Below the pieces are notes generated by a model. The model made no database searches. It saw only the letters and a list, made by a program, of their open reading frames with translations, and was not told the DNA's origin. This document shows, one piece after another, positions 14,870-29,264 of a stretch of DNA of 64,000 bases. Both the position numbers and the translations under genes were made by a program. Source of the stretch: Octopus vulgaris (lineage: Eukaryota); the NCBI GenBank assembly GCA_951406725.2, contig OX597823.1, positions 82,956,001 to 83,020,000 of the forward strand. Reading direction: 5' to 3'. Positions within the stretch are counted from its first letter, which is position 1, and each line of letters begins with the position of its first letter.

Positions 14870-14978
14870 ATATATACATATATATATATATATGTATGTA
14901 TGTATGTATGTGTGTATGTATGTATGTATGTATCTATGTATATAAATATGTGTGTGTATTTACATATATGCGTGTGTG

Positions 14979-15019
<41 letters not shown>

Positions 15020-15070
15020 TTATATATAAACATATATATATGTGTGTATATGTGTGTATGTATCTTTGTA

Positions 15071-15127
<57 letters not shown>

Positions 15128-15197
15128 ATATATATTTATATATATATATATGTATATATATATATGTATATATATATGTATATATATGTATATACAC

Positions 15198-15241
<44 letters not shown>

Positions 15242-15347
15242 GTATATATATATGTATATATATATGTATGCATATATATATGCATGTATATATATATATA
15301 TATGTATGTATGTATACATATATATGTATGTATGTATACATATATAC

Positions 15348-15415
<68 letters not shown>

Positions 15416-15430
15416 ATATATATATATCAC
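14870..15430. repeat. Compound (TA)n/(TATG)n microsatellite block (similar blocks at 11487-11690, 12400-12680, 16280-16645, 19850-20270, 41150-41390, 45180-45440, 46060-46400)
   Basis: Directly visible simple repeats. Confidence 0.95.
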
Positions 15431-17269
15431 CCAAGGATATGTGTTCTGCATCATGACAATATACATTTGAGCATCGACGGAATCTTTCATCCAAACATGA
15501 ACAATGAAATACGAACCGTACCGTATAAGCTTACAACGCAACTGTCGGGGCATAAATGTGTCTCTTACGAAATACGTTGAAGGCGAGCGAATGATAATGA
15601 TAATGACAACAGCAACAACAACAACAACAACAACAACAATAATAATAATAATGTATGACACGCAAGTTGTCAGATACAGTGATTCGGAAAATTAGACATC
15701 AAGCACTAAGATTTTTTATTTTTCGTTGGCATTTTAGCTTTTGCGTTATTCGTCTAAAACAAAAGTTAGTGGTCTGGAAGAACCAGAAGAGCGTCTGAGG
15801 AAACGCATGGAAGTATTTCGTTACGTCCAGTACTTCAGTATTTCGCTGCATCAATTTATGTGCATTCTATAAAATATGTACCGGTGTAGCACTTGGGCCC
15901 CTTGCTCCAAATTGACACCTTTGTGCCCATGGAAGAAATCAATATCTAGTTTCGATAATGTAAGTAGTAATAAATACCAGTCCCGAGTTCAGTTGATCAT
16001 ATATAGATATGTGTATGTATGTGTGTATGTCTCTATGTGTGTGGCTGTGTGGACCAAAATTTACGCACCAAAACGTTTCACATTTTATTTATATTACGTT
16101 ATTATAATTATTATAATTATTATAATTATTATCCGTTTTGTTCATCACGTGCAATCACGTGCGCTTTCATTATTATTTTATTTATTCTATTCAATTTCAG
16201 CAAAAACTGAAGCAGGTCTTTGACAGTTCCAGAGAGTATTGAACTGACCTTTCGTGCATGACCTTTTGCCCGCGCTGTATATATGTATATATGTATATAT
16301 GTGCATATATATTTATATATATATATATATATATTTGTATGTAAATACATGCATGTATACCTGTATTTTTGCATATATGTACGTATGTATGTATGTATGT
16401 ATGTATGTATGTATGTATGTATGTATGTATGTATGTATGTATATATATATGTATGTATGTATATATGTATGTATGCATGCATGTATGTATGTATATATGC
16501 AATGTATGTATGTATGTATTTATGTATGTATGTATGTATGTATGTATGTATGTATGTATGTATATATGTATGTATGCATGCATGTATGTATGTATATATG
16601 CAATGTATGTATGTATGTATATATGTATGTATGTATGTATGTATTATACACCTGTTCCTTGTACTTGAGTGTTTGCAAGTATGCTAGTAATCAATATTAT
16701 GTTGCAATCACATGCTGAGGGCTTGTCAAACGCAATAACGCTAACTCGGCAAGACAGGTTTGGGCAGACGTAATTTTATCAGTGTTATTGATTCGTCACA
16801 ATTGAGAGGGTGTGAATCTCAGTATGAGCTACACATTTCACGGTTGATTTATATCACAATTTGTACACAACTTGATGCACATTCGGATCGGGAAAAAGAC
16901 ACGCATGAAGGGCCACAGGCCGAGAGAGACTAAATTATAGATGCATATCTATATTCAAATATATGTGTGTAGTTTACGAACCTGTCTACATTCATGCATT
17001 TTTTAAGAAGACCTTTTCTCGTGATATAAATATATGATTATATAAATACGAACACATACACATATATAAATACATATATAAATACATACCAAGATTTTCC
17101 ATGCTTGGTACCACATACAAGAATGCATACATATGTATGTATATACTTACACATATATACATACAAATACACACACACACACACACACACACATATCGTC
17201 CTTGTATTTGGTTTGCCAGATTCTTTATGTGAATTCTTGTGTTGAAGCATATTTAAAAAAATAAATATG

Positions 17270-18601
17270 CAAATGAGAGGATATCGAAACGGTTCGAACC
17301 GGTGGATGTGTTTAGGCAGTATAAAAGAATGACTCTCCTTATTATGAATATATTCTTTTACCTGTCTCAGTCATTTCACTTTGGCCATGCTGGAGCACCG
17401 CCTTTAGTCGAGCAAATCGACTAAATTTTTGTTTCAGAAAAGGATAATGGCAGACACTCAGTTTACTCAAGAAATGAAGAGGCATGTTGTTATTGTGGTT
17501 ATAAAGGCTGAGCTTAGCGATTTAGGAATATTTCAATTTTTGAAAGTTGCCAGATCTTTCGTCTACAAAGTTTGTAAGGAGTTAGAGAGTAAAGATGGAA
17601 ACGTATTACCAGTATGAATGCATAATAAGCATTCTAAACGGTCTGAAATCATCAGAACACATGAAATTATACAGCAAGTTTAACAGATCATTGATTACAA
17701 TCCCAGAAATTCCATGAAGTCAATTTCAAAAGACCTCCATGTGTCAGAAGGAAAAGTCAGAAATGTCATCCACGAAGTCATCAGATATAAGTCCTATATG
17801 ATGAGGAAAGGTCAATTTGTCAGAAAAAAAGCAAAAGAAAATCAGTGCTTCATATCTAAAAGGTTCTCAACCAAAAAAATCTAGCAGAAGATTTGATTTG
17901 GTTTCCCTCAAACTAGAAAAACTCCGAACAAGATTAAAAGCTAACAGAAGAAATGACAGATGGCTATGTGCAGACTCCTCTGGAGTTTCAAGTGTTACAT
18001 ATACAAAATTTTCCGCAACTGTCATGGTTTTAGGGGTTGTCAGGAATGAATGATATGTAATGCCGCCGTACTTCTTTCCACAAGGCCTTAGAATTAACTC
18101 TGTCGCCCACATCGAATCCTGGAAACAATTGTTAAGTCCTAGATAGGCAGTGTATGCAATGGAAGGCCGTATGTGTTTCAGTAAGACTCTGAAATATCAC
18201 ACATGGCTCTATTAACACAGGAATGGATAGCTGAAAATTTCCATGATCACATAACCTCTAACATTTAACCTCCTAATTCCTCAGATTTCAATCCATTGGA
18301 CTATTACACTTTGAGTGTTGTTGAGAGGGAAGTCAATGAACACACCCATAACACCAAAGATTCTTTGAAAACAGCCATAGTCAGAGTAATGTCCCAAATG
18401 AACCAGGACTTGAGCATGTAGATGATTTAGATATCAAGTAGAAGCAGTTGTTGAAACTGAAGGTGGCTTTATTGAATAACATTATAGAAAAGAAGGTTTA
18501 TTCTCATCCTCATAGCATTTTGTGATGAAGTTATTATCTGTTATTATACATTTGTTTTTTTTATAAACATAAATCCATCCTCAAATATCTTACGTACCCT
18601 T
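17270..18601 (+). mobile_element. maT/DD37D Tc1-mariner transposon relic (transposase pseudogene about 17447-18479)
   Basis: Translation gives MADTQFTQEMKRH...TVMVLGVV...VMPPYFFPQGLRIN...GRPYVFQ*DSEISH...PPNSSDFNPLDYY...EAVVETEGGFIE*. There are 37 residues between the second and third catalytic Asp. Many stops and frameshifts; a SINE B tail fragment sits at about 17353-17423; left end uncertain. Confidence 0.85.
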
Positions 18602-18645
18602 TATATATATATATGTGTGTGTGTGTATATATGTATATATGATAA

Positions 18646-18704
<59 letters not shown>

Positions 18705-18729
18705 TTATGTATGTATGTATGTATGTATG

Positions 18730-19316
18730 TAAATTAGTCGTTACTCATTTTGCCCCGTTTAATAAGTTTTAAATTTTTTTTTTTTTTTTTTAATTTTTGA
18801 AAATTGAAAATTATCAATTTAGACATTAATGGAGTAAAAAGTAGACTTGAAATCCAACACAGAAAACAACTTTGGTAAATACTAAAAATTATCTAGGTAT
18901 TTTATAAACAAAATTAATTACTATCGAATGTTAGAACCAATGGTAGAAAAATGAAAATAATATGATTATCTGGGAGGTTGCCGGACATAGAGATATGAAC
19001 GAAAGTTACAATCATTAGGACGTCATAAGGGAAGATGAAAGATCCTAGAGTCGTGCAAGAATTGAAGAAGATCTCGACAGAAGATGTTGAAAAATGTTGA
19101 AGAAAGCTTTCTTTAAAAAATGTACCTGCCATCGCACGGATTCAAAATCTCTCAACCTCAACAGTAACAACAACAGCATCTATTCTGACCAACTTTTACT
19201 CCAAATGAGAATGAAACAGCACAAAATGATGAGGCAATACTTGTAACATAATGGCTTCAGATAAATAGGAACAAAATAGCAAAGTATCGGATATTACTCA
19301 TTTCGCCCCACTTACA
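18730..19316. mobile_element. Unclassified DNA-transposon-like remnant
   Basis: TTACTCATTTYGCCCC occurs at about 18736 and 19295 in direct orientation, like subterminal repeats; the segment lies between microsatellites. Confidence 0.3.
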
Positions 19317-19846
19317 CATGTGCTTGTGTCTCTCTGTGTGTGCGTGTGCACGTGTGTGTATGTGTGTGTGTATGTTGTGTGTCTGTGTGTACATATTTAT
19401 ACTAAAGCTTACCCTCCATGTCTTCCGTTCCACTTTTCGATGTCAGCGAAGATGGCCAAAAACAATAGAGAACAAGTCTAAACGGAATGGTTGGGGTTTA
19501 TTTAAATGTGAACTTGGCGTTTCATATAAGTGAAAGTCAAAGATGCTTAAATTATGCACAAATCTGTGTACCAGAGATCATGCAAGATAAGCCATAACAT
19601 CCTTTACAAATGTAACATTAGCAGGTATTCAAAGGAAAACATTAACACATTTCGAAACATTAAAATTTCCTGTGTAACACAAATTCGAAGAGACCCACTC
19701 GTTTTACTCACTGATATTAGCGATTTGCCTTCAGTAAGAGTTTAATCAAGCATGCACTGAGAGAGCATGAAAGTTCGACTGTATTCTCCAGGGCAACTGA
19801 AGCAAAACTGAAAGGTGAAGCGATGTTTCTCTCACAGAAGCACTAC

Positions 19847-19906
<60 letters not shown>

Positions 19907-20107
19907 TGTGTGTGTGTATATATATGTACATATATATATATATATATATAGGTGTGTGTGTGTGTATATATATGTATATATATATATATATATAGGTGTG
20001 TGTGTGTATATATATGTATAAAGAGAGACAGAGAGACAGAGAGACAGAGAGAGACAGAGACAGACAGACAGACAGATAGACAGACAGACAGATAGATAGA
20101 TAGATAA

Positions 20108-20192
<85 letters not shown>

Positions 20193-20198
20193 CAGATA

Positions 20199-20266
<68 letters not shown>

Positions 20267-20551
20267 GATAAATATATCCCAAGCGTAAGAGTAATTTATC
20301 ACAGCGAACACCACCATCCATCTATCTTACCATAGAGAAAAATCAAATATAAATTTCTACATATACACATAAATTGATCTATATGAATATGATATGAAAT
20401 ATTTTGTCAGAAATACATACATACATACATACATACATGTATGCATATATATGCACATAAGCTTGTAAGCATATATATATATATATATATATATATGCAT
20501 TAGATACATGTTTATGTATTTGTGTATGTGTGTCTATATCTATACACACAC

Positions 20552-20628
<77 letters not shown>

Positions 20629-21119
20629 CATATACATACATGCACGCATACATATGTATGTATATATGTATATATGTTTGTATTCTGTATATGGCAGTTG
20701 TATATCATAGCTCTCATGAAAGTCGCGTTGTATAACGTTTGTTCCCTCTCGGAGAGGTTCCAGATTCAGGGATACGCCTCCTTTTTGCTCCAAGAAGAAG
20801 CTGCAGGTTTATAGCTGATTGTACCGGCATTGGGTGGACGCTATGACATACCTTTCGAACGGACCCTTTTCCGTATGGGCTGAATATATTTTTCATCAAC
20901 TCGTGCCACCGACGATATATGAATGTGATAACTTGCTTCTGATTGAGAGAGAACCCTACACCCACGGCCCTCGACCTTCGCAGGAACACCAGATCGACGG
21001 ACGGATAGGCATTGTATAATGTAGTCCAATATACCTCAATAAACAAGATAGTCATGGTTAAGATGGCTTTGATAACGTCACTTTGATCAGAATTCCACCT
21101 TATTTTTTTAATCTTTATC

Positions 21120-21350
21120 TTCTTTCTTGTACCTGTTTCAGTCATTAGACTGTGGCCAAGATGGAGCGCCACCTTGATGAATTTTAGTGGAATAAATCGA
21201 CCCCAGTAATTCTTATTTTTATTAAAACTGATAGTAACTCTATCGGAGACTTTGGCCGAACTGCCAAGTTATGGGACAATAAACACACCAACATCGGCTG
21301 TTAAGTGGTGATGGCGGATAAACACAAAGACAAACACACTCAAACACACC
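21120..21350 (-). mobile_element. SINE family B 3' half (host of the Tc1 insertion)
   Basis: CTGTTTCAGTCATTAGACTGTGGCCAAGATGGAG...AAACACACCAACATCGG; resumes as TACGACGGGCTTCTTT at about 23186. Confidence 0.75.
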
Positions 21351-21414
21351 CGTATATACATGTGTGTGTGTCAGCGCTTGAAAGAAGCTCGTCGTATATA
21401 TATATATATATATA

Positions 21415-23040
21415 CAGTGGCGGCCAAAACCCTCAGAACGGCATTGTTTTCGTCAGAAAAGTAGATATAATTTTTTATCAAAGTTGTTTTATATTCTATA
21501 ATTTTCACAGACAATAAATACGATATTATTTGTTATTCCCTAAGATTTTGGTGTAATTTGAGAGGATAATACAAAAGTTATGGATGATTTAGTGATTTAC
21601 TGCAAAACCCAGGGCGGCCAAAATGATCAGAACGGTTGCTTTTACTCCGTGTTTTAGTATATTTAACCGGCGAACTCTAATGTTTTGAGTTTGTTTATGT
21701 GACGGTTGGTTTACTATACATTAGTAAGAATATTTGCAGTGTACTTTGTTAATATAATGCCACTTATTCCGTTACCAATTCGTCAGCAGATTATTAAGCT
21801 TCGAAGGAAGGATAATTTAAGTATTGGATCTATTGCAAAGATTGTTAACAAGTCAAAAAGTGTTGTACACGGTATTCTTAAGGTCTACGATGATTGTGGT
21901 TTGTGTGAAGCAAGAAAGTTTACAGGTAGGCCAAGAAAAACGACCAAGAGAGAAGATCGTGCTATGGTAAAGTTGGTTAAAAAGGACCGATTTAAAACTG
22001 CTGCTGCTGTTTCTCGGAAAATGAGCATCGTATTGAAGAAAACTTTATCTCGGAAAACTGTGTCTCGTCGTTTAGTTAAACATGACCTACAAGCAAGAGC
22101 ATCTGCAGTGAAGCCACTGATCAGCTCCAAGAATAAAAAAGTGTCGTCTTACCTTTGCAACCGAACATGTGTAGCGGTCTCAAGAAAAATCGCAAACGGT
22201 GCATTTCCGTGATGAATCTAAGTTTATGTTATTTGGCTCAGATGGGAAAAGGTACGTTCGAAGAAAAGTAGGTGAAAAATTGTCGCCTAAATGACTTAAG
22301 ACTAGTGTTAAATTCGGTGGAGGAAGTGTCATGGTTTGGGGGATAATATCTGGAGATGGTGTGGGCCCTTTGGTGCGATTACATGGAAGGGTAAATGCAG
22401 GAGTTTATAAACAACTTGTAAAAGATCATGTCTTGCCTGTGCTGAGAAATTCAACTAAGCGACCACCCATATTCATGCAGGACAATGCCCCATGTCACAA
22501 GGCTAAGGTGGTCATGAACTTCCTCAAGGCTGAAAAGGTTATTGTTATGGATTGGCCTGCTCAAAGCCCAGATCTCAATCCTATTGAAAATATATGGAAT
22601 ATTCTAGGAGAACGTTCGAAAGCCAGAAATCCTAAAACAACTGTGCAATTATGGAATGCCCTTCAGGAAGAATGGAATAAGATCACCCAGCAAGAAATTG
22701 AAAATTTAATTTCCTCATGCAGTCGAAGAAGTCAGAGTGTGATTGAAGCTAAAGGGCTTGACACTAAATATTAAATAATTCCAGTATTCTCTGTCATTTT
22801 TGATTATTTTGTTACTTTTTCAACCGTACTGATCATTTTGGCTGCCATGGGTTTTGCAGTAAATCACTAAATCATCCATAACTTTTGTATTATCCTCTCA
22901 AATTAGACCAATCTCAGACAATAACAATTAATATTGTATTTATTGTCTGTGAAAAATTATAGATTATAAAACAACTTTGATAAAAACTTATACCTACTTT
23001 TCTGACGAAAACAATGCCGTTCTGAACATTTTGGCCGCCA

Positions 23041-23043
<3 letters not shown>
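21415..23043 (+). mobile_element. Full-length Tc1 transposon, IR/DR type, DD34E
   Basis: TA|CAGTGGCGGCCAAAA ... TTTTGGCCGCCAATG|TA. TIRs of about 220 bp (21415-21638, 22821-23043), each with outer and inner direct repeats GGCGGCCAAAA...TCAGAACGG. Inserted in (TA)n. Confidence 0.95.
21757..22774 (+). pseudogene. Tc1 transposase, disrupted (frameshift in the A-run near 22135-22140, two in-frame stops)
   Basis: HTH region with GRPRKTT, then FRDESKF, KFGGGSVMVWG and FMQDNAPCH-(34 aa spacing)-SPDLNPIENIW. Confidence 0.93.
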
Positions 23044-23091
<48 letters not shown>

Positions 23092-23110
23092 CGTGTGTGT
23101 GTGTGTGTGT

Positions 23111-23190
<80 letters not shown>

Positions 23191-23567
23191 CGGGCTTCTT
23201 TTACACACAAACACACAGACACACACAGCAATGTGACTAACTACACATGTGCCGCTGGGGACTTCTTCACTGTCTTTGGACTTTTCCTTTTCTCCTTTCC
23301 GAGAAAGAGCTATGCTGGAAACATCAGAATCTCTACTGTCACTGATTGCCAAGCTAATACATTTCTTGTGCGCATCCTCACATATACATATGTATGTATA
23401 CATATATGTATGTATATGAGAGAGAGAGACACACACACAAAAAGAGAGAGAGGTTATGACAGGTAAAGGTGTCAATAACCATAGTTAAGCTCCAGGCTCG
23501 GTGATTATGTGAATAAGGTGTCCAACGTAGGTCATATATCAGCATATGTGTATATAATTTTTTTTCA

Positions 23568-24545
23568 GAATGAGATAAAAAACCAGGGCTGTCAAGATTT
23601 TAGAACATTTATAAAGAGCTCTTACAGCTGTTTCCGAGATAATTTTTATATCTTTTCATCGGAGACGATGTGTGAAAATGGATAAGCAATGTCGGAGAAA
23701 GAAAATTGTCAACGACACACACGTGGTCACTGCATCTGTGTACACCTTCAGATATATATTTTCTTCTACAACTAAGCACTGACCTATCCAACCAACCTAA
23801 TCTATATTCCCAAATTCTTAATTCCACCATATTACAACCCCTACCCCCTCTTTCTGCCCCATCACTTAGGCTCTATCATTACATACCTGACACTCCTTTT
23901 CTTTTTATACCTATCTGTCTCTCTATCACCCTCATTCCTTCTATCTGACACTCCTTTACTCTTTAAGCTATCATCTTTTTACACTCTCATATCTTTCTCT
24001 TTCTATCACACTCACCTCCTCATTCCTATTATCTTGACTGATCACTAACTGGTACACTTACCCTCTCTTCATCACTTTATTATCTCTCTCCTTGCTTTTC
24101 CTTTTTCGTTTCTCTTTTTTCTTTTTTTCTTTTTTCTTTATCCCTTTCTTCCTGTTTTCGATATGACTTTACAAATACATTATCTACTTTTAGGTCACTT
24201 TAAATAAACCCTCGATTCAATAGCACTGAATACAAACTCTATACTTGGAATGACTAACTTTAAATACTATTGAAATTTACTCAGAAGGTATTGAAATCTT
24301 ATATGTATACCAGTCTGCCTAAATAATGAATCTACAAATGCAATATCCTTGCATATCTCAAATTTATTTTCATTCCTCGACTTCACTCTCGGTTAATATA
24401 TTATCTTAATTAACTATTGCTTAACCATTTTCTCACACCGTCTCTGATGAAGGAATATATAAAATATCCCGGAAATAGCTGTAAGACCTTCTATTTATAA
24501 ATGTTCTTAAATCTTTACAGCCTTGGTTTTTTTTTATCTCATTAT
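23568..24545 (+). mobile_element. Non-coding Penelope-type element with inverted hammerhead-bearing terminal repeats (23568-23690 minus, 24415-24543 plus)
   Basis: The two ends are diverged reverse complements over about 120 bp, and each holds a minimal HHR. The interior is pyrimidine-rich with no ORF. Confidence 0.7.
24440..24487 (+). ncRNA. Minimal type-I hammerhead ribozyme motif
   Basis: Stem I GTCT/AGAC, CTGATGA, stem II GGAATAT/ATATCCC, GAAA, stem III from the palindrome A(C/T)AGCTGT, cleavage triplet GTA. Confidence 0.7.
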
Positions 24546-24548
24546 TAA

Positions 24549-24617
<69 letters not shown>

Positions 24618-25011
24618 TGTATGTATGTATATGTGTATGTAGCGGGCTTTCTTTTTCCAGCAACCAAATCCACTCACAGAGCTTTAGCCATTGTGCCTAA
24701 GGTGCCACACAGGGGAAATGAACACGAAACCATGTGGTTGGCAAGCAAACCTCTTAGCAAAGATACATGCCTGTAGCTATAATTGATTTCTTAAAATTGC
24801 CAAATTTTGAAACAGGAAATATCTTTGTAATGCCTACACCTTAAAGAATCAATTATGAAAACAAAGATAAATGTCTTCAACTGGAGATTGAACCTGCGTC
24901 CCTTCTAGAATAAGCGAGGTTGTATGTATTGCAGCACTATGAGCAAAATGTCGCTGATATTGGTTCCTTCTATCGAAATACAATTGCTCCAAGTTTTCAA
25001 AGGAAGAAAGA

Positions 25012-25425
25012 ATGGAATGGCTGTGTGGTAAGTAGCTTGCTAACCAATCACATGGTTCCGGGTTCAGTCCCACTGCGTGGCATCTTGGGCAAGTGTCTTC
25101 TGCTATAGCCCCGGGCCGACCAATGCCTTGTGAGTGGATTTGGTAGACGGAAACTGAAAGAAGCCTGTCGTATATATGTATATATATATGTGTGTGTGTA
25201 TGTGTTTGTGTGTCTGTGTTTGTCCCCCTAGCATTGCTTGACAACCGATGCTGGTGTGTTTACGTCCCCGTTACTTAGCGGTTCGGCAAAAGATACCGAT
25301 AAAATAAGTACTGGGCTTACAAAGAATAAGTCCCGGGGTCGATTTGCTTGACTAAAAGGTGGTGCTCCAGCATGGCCGCAGTCAAATGACTGAAACAAGT
25401 AAAAGAGTAAAAGAGAGTAAAGAGT
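25012..25425 (+). mobile_element. SINE family B, full length
   Basis: A box TGGCTGTGTGG, B box GGTTCAGTCCC, CORE-like CTTGGGCAAGTG, internal (TA)(TG) tract, 3' hairpin CAGTC-AAAT-GACTG, (GTAAAAGA)n tail. Confidence 0.9.
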
Positions 25426-25689
25426 ATTTTTGAAAGTTTCCAGAGACACTAACATTATAAGAAAAGCGGAAATAAGACAAGTTTGTGGACAGAAGTAAGG
25501 AGCGGTTTCGGTTTAGCGGAAGCTTACACATTTCTGTAAGTTGTATATTAAAGCTAAACCTAATATTAGCTTCCAAATCAAGTTGAAAACATCTGCATCG
25601 TAAATTTCGCTAAAGCATCGCAGGTAAACGATTTCACAGACATTCCTAATTGATAGATACAAACATTAAACAAAAAATAACGGCAGGTG

Positions 25690-25712
25690 GATAGGGAGAT
25701 TAGATAGGTAAT

Positions 25713-25771
<59 letters not shown>

Positions 25772-25818
25772 GTAGGTAGGTAGGTAGGTAGGTAGGTAGG
25801 TAGGATAGGATAGTTAGA

Positions 25819-25854
<36 letters not shown>

Positions 25855-25859
25855 TAGAC

Positions 25860-25945
<86 letters not shown>

Positions 25946-26060
25946 GCAGGTAGGTAAACAAGCCAACAAATAGATAGCCAAAGACACAGATTGACAAACA
26001 GACATACAGACAGACAGACAAACAGATACGTTGGTTGGTAGACAGATAGACAAATAGGCA
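25690..26060. repeat. (GATA)n/(GGTA)n/(GACA)n microsatellite
   Basis: Directly visible. Confidence 0.95.
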
Positions 26061-26938
26061 GATGGACAACTGAGCAGATAGAGTAACATAGAGTCATGCA
26101 GACAGGTCGATAGAAAGGTAGATGGATGGATATTTTAGATAATTGATTGCTTCGGTGATTGAAATACAGTTTTCTTTTAGATTAATTGCAGTAAAATTAA
26201 AATACTACCAACAATATGGAGACCGATGCGAGATACACAAAGCAAACACAGATTGAGACAGATGACTGTCAACAACAGAAATTGCTTAACAGATGGAACA
26301 AATTGCGAGCTATACTTAACATCTATATGATTGAAGGTCACAAAACGTCATATCACATCCAATGAAATTCTTCCGTGATTACATCACATTTAAGCCATTG
26401 CACAAAATTGTCAGACTCTGAGTGTTAACACACACACGCACACACACACAAATATGTATGTGTGTGTGTGTATATATATATATATGTATAAGTATCTACA
26501 TATATACATATATATAGGTATATCTATCCACCTCTCTATAAATGTATCTACATCTCTCTATCTATCTTCCTATCTTTTTACTTGCATACACACTCGCGCC
26601 CCCACACCAACACACACTCACACACACATATCTATAATATTAGGTACACTCACACATACACACACTTTATCTTATGCATTGGATTATAAGTCGGATTAGA
26701 GAGACGTAATAACAGACTAGTATATTTTCTTATATTTAATATCATATACATATGATATGCATATGCATCAATATCTCTTTCCCTCTGTCTGTCTGTCTGT
26801 CTGTCTGTCTGTCCGCCTGTCTCTCTTTCTGTCTGTCTGTCTGTCTATCTATCTTTCGATCGATCTATATATATCTATATATATTAAGTATGTACATACA
26901 TAGTTATGCATGTATATATAGAATGCATAAATGTATGC

Positions 26939-26990
<52 letters not shown>

Positions 26991-27499
26991 GCATGCATGT
27001 GTGTGTGTTTTTTATATATATATATATATGTATATACATATATGTCATATATGTGTGTGTGTGTGTATGTTTGAGTGTGTATGTATATGTACTTGTGTGT
27101 ACATATAGATAGATAGATAGATAGATAGATATATTATATTAAGGCGGTGCCTCCACCATAGCGGCAGTCAGATGACTGAAACAAGTAAAATAAACAAGTA
27201 AAACAATACACACACACACACGTACACACACACACACACACACTCTTTCTGTCGCATACACTCATACATACAATAAAATACAACCATACACACATACGTA
27301 CATAAATCTGTGTCTGCGTCCTTCATTTTATTTTCTCTTTGCTTCGGTTTTAATCCAATAATGAAGCGGACGGCGTCTTCTAAACTTCATTGTTTACTCT
27401 TTATTGGAATTAATGTCTGTTGCTGAATAATCATAGAATATAGACGAAACCAAATCTCTGCCGTCGCCGTAATTCGCCTTCAACGCTGTCACCACCGCC

Positions 27500-28115
27500 T
27501 CCCACGGAAGAGACAATGACAATATATGATGTCAACGACAAGCACCACAATGACAACGGCAGCAAAAGTGATGGCGGTGGTGGTGGTGATGGTATTGTTG
27601 GGGGTGGGGTGATGCCATTTACGATGACGACGATAATTATGATGACGGTGGTGGTGTTGGAGGTGGTGGTGGTGGTGGTGGTGGTGGTGGGTGGTTTTTG
27701 TAGTCGTTTTGATGATGATAAAGATGACGATGATTACGATGATAATGATGTTGATCTTGATCATGATGACGATGACGGTGGTGATGATGCTGGTGGTGAT
27801 GATGATGATGCTCATGATGATGAAGATGATGATGATGATGGCGATGGTTAATGTGTTGCGTTTGACGATGATAATGAAGATGTTAATAATGACGGTGATG
27901 ATGATGACGATGGTTATGATGCTGTTGGTGTTGATGATGATGGTTATGATGTTGTTGATGCTGATGCTGATGACGACGACGACGACGACGACGACGATGA
28001 TGATGATGTGCAGCGTCAGGTTACCTGTCGTAGCTCACGGTGATGTTTAGAAAAAGCATATATCGAAGAATACAAAAAGACGCTCCAACTACAACAGCAG
28101 CAGTAGCAGTAGCAT

Positions 28116-28196
<81 letters not shown>

Positions 28197-28575
28197 AGGC
28201 TATTTAGAGAGTATGTTGAAGCAGGGGATGTGGAGGTTTAGCTGAGTGGGAAGAACAGAAAGGAAGAACTCGGTCATCCCTATTCTTCTTCTAATCCTGT
28301 CCCCGAACAATCATCACCAGAATCATCATCATCATCATCATCATCATCTTCATCATCATCATCATCGCCGTCATTATCATCATCATCATCATCATCGTCA
28401 TCGTCATCCTCATCACCTTCATCGTCGTCATCATCATGTTCATCATCATCATCAATCTCATCATCCTCATCATCATCATCATCATCATCATCATCGTGAC
28501 TGTCATCAACACCGTCATCATCGTCATCATCATCATCAACATCATCATGATCATCATCATCATCATCATCATGCA
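27500..28575. repeat. Degenerate (GAT/GGT)n, (TAG)n and (CAT)n trinucleotide tracts
   Basis: Directly visible. Several frames are open, giving poly-H, poly-D and poly-M pseudo-ORFs. Confidence 0.9.
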
Positions 28576-29016
28576 CAGAGACAATACACTCTAATTAAAG
28601 CTATAATTAATTGCTCCATCGCCATTAATACCATTGTCGTCACCCCGATCAGCACATTTGCTAAATTTTGTTTCCCCCTTTTCCCTATGTGTAACTACTT
28701 TTAAAAGATTGCCATAACTACTGAAGCAACACAAATAAGAAACAGAAAAAGGCTTACGTTAGAGAATTTAACAGTCGCCAGACATGCAAGAATCAATAGC
28801 GAAATAGCCCTACGTCTTAAGAAAATCAAGGGCCTGTTAGACAATGCAGACGCAGATATTCTGGGTATTAATTGATGTTTTTCTTTAAAATATTGAGTAA
28901 GAAATCCGGCATTATCGTTAAGCATTGATCAATAGCATTGAATCATACAACCCGTTAATTTATTCTCTACGCTGCTAAATCGAACGCAAACCCTTAATTG
29001 CATTCTGCTGTTTTTG

Positions 29017-29106
29017 AAGAAGAAGAAGAAGAAGAAGAAGAAGAAGAAGAAGAAGAAGAAGAAGAAGAAGAAGAAGAAGAAGAAGAAGAAGAAGAAGAAG
29101 AAGAAG

Positions 29107-29137
<31 letters not shown>

Positions 29138-29210
29138 GTCTCCTACTATAGCCTTGGGCCGACCAAACCCTTGTGAGTGAATTTGGTAGACAGAAACTGA
29201 AAGTCAGCTG

Positions 29211-29264
<54 letters not shown>

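Noticed and set aside
14599-15661. Long ORFs (up to 285 aa) rich in YI/CV/HT/MYVC
   Set aside because: These are translations of (TA)n, (TG)n and (TATG)n, open in several frames on both strands; the same applies to most ORFs in the track.
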